Shown here: piece by piece, positions 60,722-64,000 of the stretch | Numbering within the stretch: the first letter of the stretch is position 1 | Layout of the letters: each line of letters begins with the position of its first letter | From: Candidatus Sericytochromatia bacterium | GTDB lineage: Bacteria; Cyanobacteriota; Sericytochromatia; S15B-MN24; VGJW01 | Direction of reading: 5' to 3' | Length of the DNA: 64,000 nucleotides | NCBI GenBank assembly: GCA_035286125.1 | Contig: JAYKIS010000013.1 | Span: forward strand, 5,451 to 69,450 | Notes under the pieces: generated by a model | The model's input: only the letters and a program-made list of their open reading frames with translations | Databases searched by the model: none | Told to the model about the DNA's origin: nothing | Position numbers and translations under genes: made by a program

Positions 60722-61719
60722 GGCCGGCCGGCTTCCCGAGGCGCATTGGCCTCGCTGGCCAGGTTATGGCGCTCGCGGACCAGGTAGAGGGGGCGCTGGC
60801 GGACCTCATCCAGGATGCGACCGATGTATTCCCCTATCAGGCCGATGGTCAGCAACTGGACACCACCGATGAAGAGGATGGCCACCATCAGCGACGCCCA
60901 GCCCGGGACCGTGCCGTGCATGACGAGGGTTTCCCAGAGCACCCAGCAAATGGCGAGAAAGGCCAGGATCGAGACCCAGACGCCCAGCCACGACGCCACC
61001 TGCAGGGGGACGAACGAGAAGCCCGTGATGCCGTCCAGGGCAAAGGACAGCATCTTGCGCAGCGGGTACTTGGTGGTCCCCGCGAACCGCTCGGCCCGAT
61101 CGAAGACCAGGCCCGTCTGGCGGAAGCCGACCCAGCTGACGAGGCCGCGCAGGAATCGATGACGCTCCGGCAACTGGTGCAGGGCGTCGACGACCTGGCG
61201 ATCCATCAGCCGAAAGTCCCCGGTGTCGAGCGGGATGTGGACCTGCGTCAGGCTGCGCAGCACCCGGTAGAAGGCCTGCGCCGTCCAGCGCTTGAAGGCC
61301 GTCTCTCCGACCCGGCTGCGCCGCTGGGCATAGACCACGTCCCAGCCCTCGCGCCACAGGTCCAGCATGCGGGGGATGAGTTCGGGCGGGTCCTGAAGGT
61401 CGGCGTCGATCAGGATGACGGCGTCGCCCGTCGCATGGTCGAGGCCGGCTGTGGCCGCCACCTGGTGCCCGAAGTTGCGCGACAGGCCAACGGCCTTGAT
61501 CCGGGGGTCCTCGGCCGCGAAGGCGCGCATGAGCGCAAGGGTACCGTCCCGGCTGCCATCATCCACGAGGACCAGCTCCCACGGGCAGTCCAGCCCGTCA
61601 AGCACCGCTGTCAGTCGCGCCCGCAGGGCCGGCAGGCCCTCTTCCTCATCAAAGCAAGGGGCCACGACGCTGACGCGGGTGTGCGCAGCGTCCGGGCGGG
61701 GCCGGGCGGCCTGGGTCAT
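60718..61719 (-). CDS. membrane-anchored GT2, polyprenyl-phosphate glycosyltransferase (GtrB/CsbB/ArnC-like)
   Basis: ATG 61719 (MTQAARP...). The 468 upstream codons of the track ORF are a shadow frame. Motifs: VSVVAPCFDEEEGL, LVLVDDGSRDGT, SRNFGHQVA, LIDADLQDPPELIP, YAQRRSR, GDFRLMDR. Two C-terminal TM helices follow, ending GLIGEYIGRI. Confidence 0.9.
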   Translation of the reverse strand: MTQAARPRPDAAHTRVSVVAPCFDEEEGLPALRARLTAVLDGLDCPWELVLVDDGSRDGTLALMRAFAAEDPRIKAVGLSRNFGHQVAATAGLDHATGDAVILIDADLQDPPELIPRMLDLWREGWDVVYAQRRSRVGETAFKRWTAQAFYRVLRSLTQVHIPLDTGDFRLMDRQVVDALHQLPERHRFLRGLVSWVGFRQTGLVFDRAERFAGTTKYPLRKMLSFALDGITGFSFVPLQVASWLGVWVSILAFLAICWVLWETLVMHGTVPGWASLMVAILFIGGVQLLTIGLIGEYIGRILDEVRQRPLYLVRERHNLASEANAPREAGRP

Positions 61720-61801
61720 TCGCTCGGGGAGGGGGTCGGGACAGGGGAAACCGGGACCTGTGTATCCTGTGAAGCATAGCCTTTTCCCCAAGGAATGCGC
61801 C

Positions 61802-63694
61802 ATGTCGCTTGCTGCCCCCCCTTTGTCCCGGAATGGCCGGGCAGGTCTGCTGCTGGCCTTGCTGCTGCTGTGGACCGGAGCGATGTTGACGGTCGCTGGA
61901 CCGTCGCTCCGGGTCGGCGCCCTGCCCTGGTCGCAGGCGTCGCTGCTGGCCGTGGCTCCCTGGGGGGCGGGCGCTCCCGAGACCTTGCCCGCGACACCTG
62001 AGGGTCGGGCGTGGCAGGGGCCGAGGACCTCGTGGCTGCGTGGGCTTGATGCCCTGTCTGCGGGCCGTTGGCCCTGGGCTGAACCGACGTTGGCTTCGGG
62101 TGGCGTCGGGGGCGTCGCGCACGGCCGCTCGGGCGCCGTGCTCGACCCGCTGTTGCATGCGGTCCTGCCGTCCGGTCCGGGGAGGGCGACGCTGCTGCTC
62201 GGCGTGCTGCGCAGCTTTCTTGCTGCCGTCGGGATGGTCCTGCTGGGCCTGCGGACGGGCCTGGCGCCGTCGGGGGCGCTCGTTGCGGGTCTGGTGGCCG
62301 GGTTGTCCCCGTGGGCCTGGCATGCACACCTGCTGGAGCTCGACGGCGCTGTAGCCGTCTTTCCTTGGTTGGCGCTGGCCGTCGACACCGTCCGGCGTGG
62401 CGCCTGGTGGCGCGGTGCGGGGCTGGTGTCGCTGCTTGCGGCGCTCGCCTGGTTGACGGCAGCCCCGTGGACGGCGGCTGTGGTGCTGGCGGCTCTGCTG
62501 GTTGCCGTACTCGGCTTGTCCCGGTCGTCGCGGCGGGCAAGCCTCGTGCTGCTGGGCGGCATCCTGCTGGCCGTGGCCATCGTGCCGGTCTCCGTGCCCG
62601 GCTGGATCGCGTGGACGGGCGTGCCGCTTGCAGGGCGTGGTCCCGGGTGGCCCGGAGTGGTCGTGCTCGTGGCCGCGGGGGCAGGCTTTGCCCGGCTGTC
62701 CGGACGCGGACGCTGGTGGCTGCTGCCCGTCGTGGCCATCGCTCCATGGGTGCCCGCGATGGCCGTCGTGGCCCTTCCGGCCCTGGCCTGGTTGTCCGGG
62801 AGGGCGACGGAGGCCGTGTCCGGCGGGCGGCTGGCACGCTGGCTGCCCGTGCTGGTCGCGACGGAAGCGGTGCTGATGCACCTCGGCACCCTGCCGGTGC
62901 AGCCGTGGGCGGGGCGCCCGCCCGAGACGCCCGGCCTCGCCTTCATGAAACCCCTGCGTGACGAGGGACGCATCGAGGCGGTCGGCGGCATCTTGCCCGG
63001 CATCCTGCCCGGAATGTACGGCCTTGAGGAGGTGGGTGGTGACGGTATGCCGGATGCGCACCGGCAGTTCCTCGAGATTGGGGGGGTGGTCCGCGACATG
63101 CTGGCCGTGCGCCAGGTGGCCATGCCGCCGGGCGCATCCGTACCCCAAGGCGCCTTGCCGGGTCACGACGGTGCCGACATGCGGGTGGTGGTGCGCGCCT
63201 TCGCGCGGCCCTGGGTGCGTTTTACCGGGGAGCCCGTCCGCATCGTGGCAGCCGGGGCCTTGCGCACGGAACTCGCCAAGGCCCCCCCGGGCGGGCCGGA
63301 CGCCCTGTGGTTGCCCGAGGGTGTCGCGCCCGGGCCTGTGGCAACGGGTGCGGCGGGCCTCGTGACGGACCTCGTGCGTCAGCCCGGCTTCTGGTCCTTC
63401 CGGGTGTCGTGCACGGGCGAGGGGCATGCGGTGGCGGCCTTGCGTTTCGACCCGGCGTGGCGCGTGCTTGTGCGGTCCGGCGAGATCGTCCGGGAGATCT
63501 CCCCCCTGCCCGCTTACGGTGGCCTCGTGGCGGTCCCTGTATCCTCGGGGGTGAACCGGGTCGAGTTGCGACACGATCCGTCGGGCCTTGCCGGGCTCGC
63601 TGGCCAGGGCGTCGCGACGGCGATTCTGGCCGTGCTGGTGACCCTTGCGGGCTGGCTGCTGGGCCAGCGTCCGGCGGCGATCGTGCAGGGCTGA
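61802..63694 (+). CDS. large polytopic membrane protein with a C-terminal extracytoplasmic domain (candidate GT-C glycosyltransferase, YfhO/ArnT-like)
   Basis: ATG 61802 follows aaggaa. 630 aa. The first ~390 aa have about 10-12 hydrophobic helices. A ~200-aa soluble region and a final TM (ILAVLVTLAGWLLG) follow, the overall layout of YfhO-type proteins. It is divergent from the GtrB/CsbB-like GT2. Function is inferred from context only. Confidence 0.68.
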   Translation: MSLAAPPLSRNGRAGLLLALLLLWTGAMLTVAGPSLRVGALPWSQASLLAVAPWGAGAPETLPATPEGRAWQGPRTSWLRGLDALSAGRWPWAEPTLASGGVGGVAHGRSGAVLDPLLHAVLPSGPGRATLLLGVLRSFLAAVGMVLLGLRTGLAPSGALVAGLVAGLSPWAWHAHLLELDGAVAVFPWLALAVDTVRRGAWWRGAGLVSLLAALAWLTAAPWTAAVVLAALLVAVLGLSRSSRRASLVLLGGILLAVAIVPVSVPGWIAWTGVPLAGRGPGWPGVVVLVAAGAGFARLSGRGRWWLLPVVAIAPWVPAMAVVALPALAWLSGRATEAVSGGRLARWLPVLVATEAVLMHLGTLPVQPWAGRPPETPGLAFMKPLRDEGRIEAVGGILPGILPGMYGLEEVGGDGMPDAHRQFLEIGGVVRDMLAVRQVAMPPGASVPQGALPGHDGADMRVVVRAFARPWVRFTGEPVRIVAAGALRTELAKAPPGGPDALWLPEGVAPGPVATGAAGLVTDLVRQPGFWSFRVSCTGEGHAVAALRFDPAWRVLVRSGEIVREISPLPAYGGLVAVPVSSGVNRVELRHDPSGLAGLAGQGVATAILAVLVTLAGWLLGQRPAAIVQG

Positions 63695-63697
63695 ACG

Positions 63698-64000
63698 TTG
63701 GCAGCCACGGGCGTCGTGATCGTCACCTGGCACGCAGGAGCCATGCTGCATGAGGCCTTGGGGGCCTTGCCCCAGGGTGTGCCGGTGGTGGTGGTCGACA
63801 ACGCCGGCGAGGTGGGCCTGGCCGAGCGGATCGAGGCCGTCCGTCCGGATGTCCGCCTGCTCGTGCCGGGTCGAAACCTGGGCTTCGGGCAGGCGTGCAA
63901 CCTCGGTGCGGCAGCCCTGGGCGAGGTCGACGTGCTGCTGCTCAATCCGGATGCAAGCGTGGATGGCGGGGCCCTGGCGCTCCTGTGCGCCGCGCTCGAT
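63698..64000 (+). CDS. glycosyltransferase family 2 (5' part, runs off the window)
   Basis: Not in the ORF track because it has no stop within the window. The frame from TTG 63698 reads LAATGVVIVTWHAGAMLHEAL...VPVVVVDNAGE...GRNLGFGQACNLG...LLLNPDASVDGGAL. These are classic GT2 motifs, and the frame is open to 64000. Confidence 0.6.
   Translation, partial: MAATGVVIVTWHAGAMLHEALGALPQGVPVVVVDNAGEVGLAERIEAVRPDVRLLVPGRNLGFGQACNLGAAALGEVDVLLLNPDASVDGGALALLCAALD

Noticed and set aside
1-64000. Search by eye for CRISPR arrays, rRNA/tRNA genes, IS elements, integrases, toxin-antitoxin pairs, restriction-modification systems or known defence genes.
   Set aside because: No spaced direct repeats, no structured-RNA-sized non-coding gaps (the largest spacers are about 60-130 nt) and no transposase, integrase or nuclease-type ORFs were seen. 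Absence cannot be proven without tools.

Overview
High-GC bacterial chromosomal segment. Hand counts of 60-nt lines give about 63-70% G+C, for example 42/60 at 12301-12360. I support about 62 protein-coding genes and see no rRNA, tRNA, CRISPR array, transposase or integrase. Genes are tightly packed, and many junctions are 4-nt GTGA/ATGA start/stop overlaps with frequent GTG/TTG starts. The many long antisense ORFs in the track are high-GC shadow frames.

Layout:
(1) 73-3271: two unnamed genes, a lipoprotein and a hypothetical protein.
(2) 3252-17896: a surface-glycan locus. It holds GT2 and GT-B glycosyltransferases, a GT2/DUF2304/flippase-like/DUF2142 module, a Wzm/Wzt ABC exporter and an epimerase. 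It also carries a sharply AT-rich (about 32-45% G+C) acyltransferase-3 gene, apparently acquired horizontally.
(3) 17917-24586: an HExxH orphan protein and nagB, then a zinc-ribbon/class III cyclase/STAND-NTPase/TPR protein. That protein is translationally coupled to a methyl-accepting chemotaxis protein (MCP) that has no sensor domain.
(4) 24591-48898: mostly housekeeping genes. These are rarA, an O-antigen-ligase/TPR protein, an SDR, an Opp-like transporter without ATPase genes, secG, accA/accD, a gamma-CA-like protein, a PLD lipoprotein, fmt, folK, ylqD-rimM-trmD plus a Roadblock/LC7 gene, comEA/comEC, a tandem cyanophycinase-like peptidase and glpK.
(5) 48902-64000: a second glycan locus. 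It holds glmM, galE, an SMR/EamA-like small transporter, a WbaP-type initiating transferase, two GT4 genes, a UDP-glucuronate decarboxylase, ugd, rfbB, rfbA, two GT2 genes, a large polytopic membrane protein and a partial GT2.

The most unusual candidate system is the cyclase-STAND-TPR / sensor-less MCP pair. Other candidates are the AT-rich acyltransferase island, the Roadblock gene coupled to trmD, and the lipid-linked sugar modules. All functional calls come from reading motifs by eye; no database search was possible.
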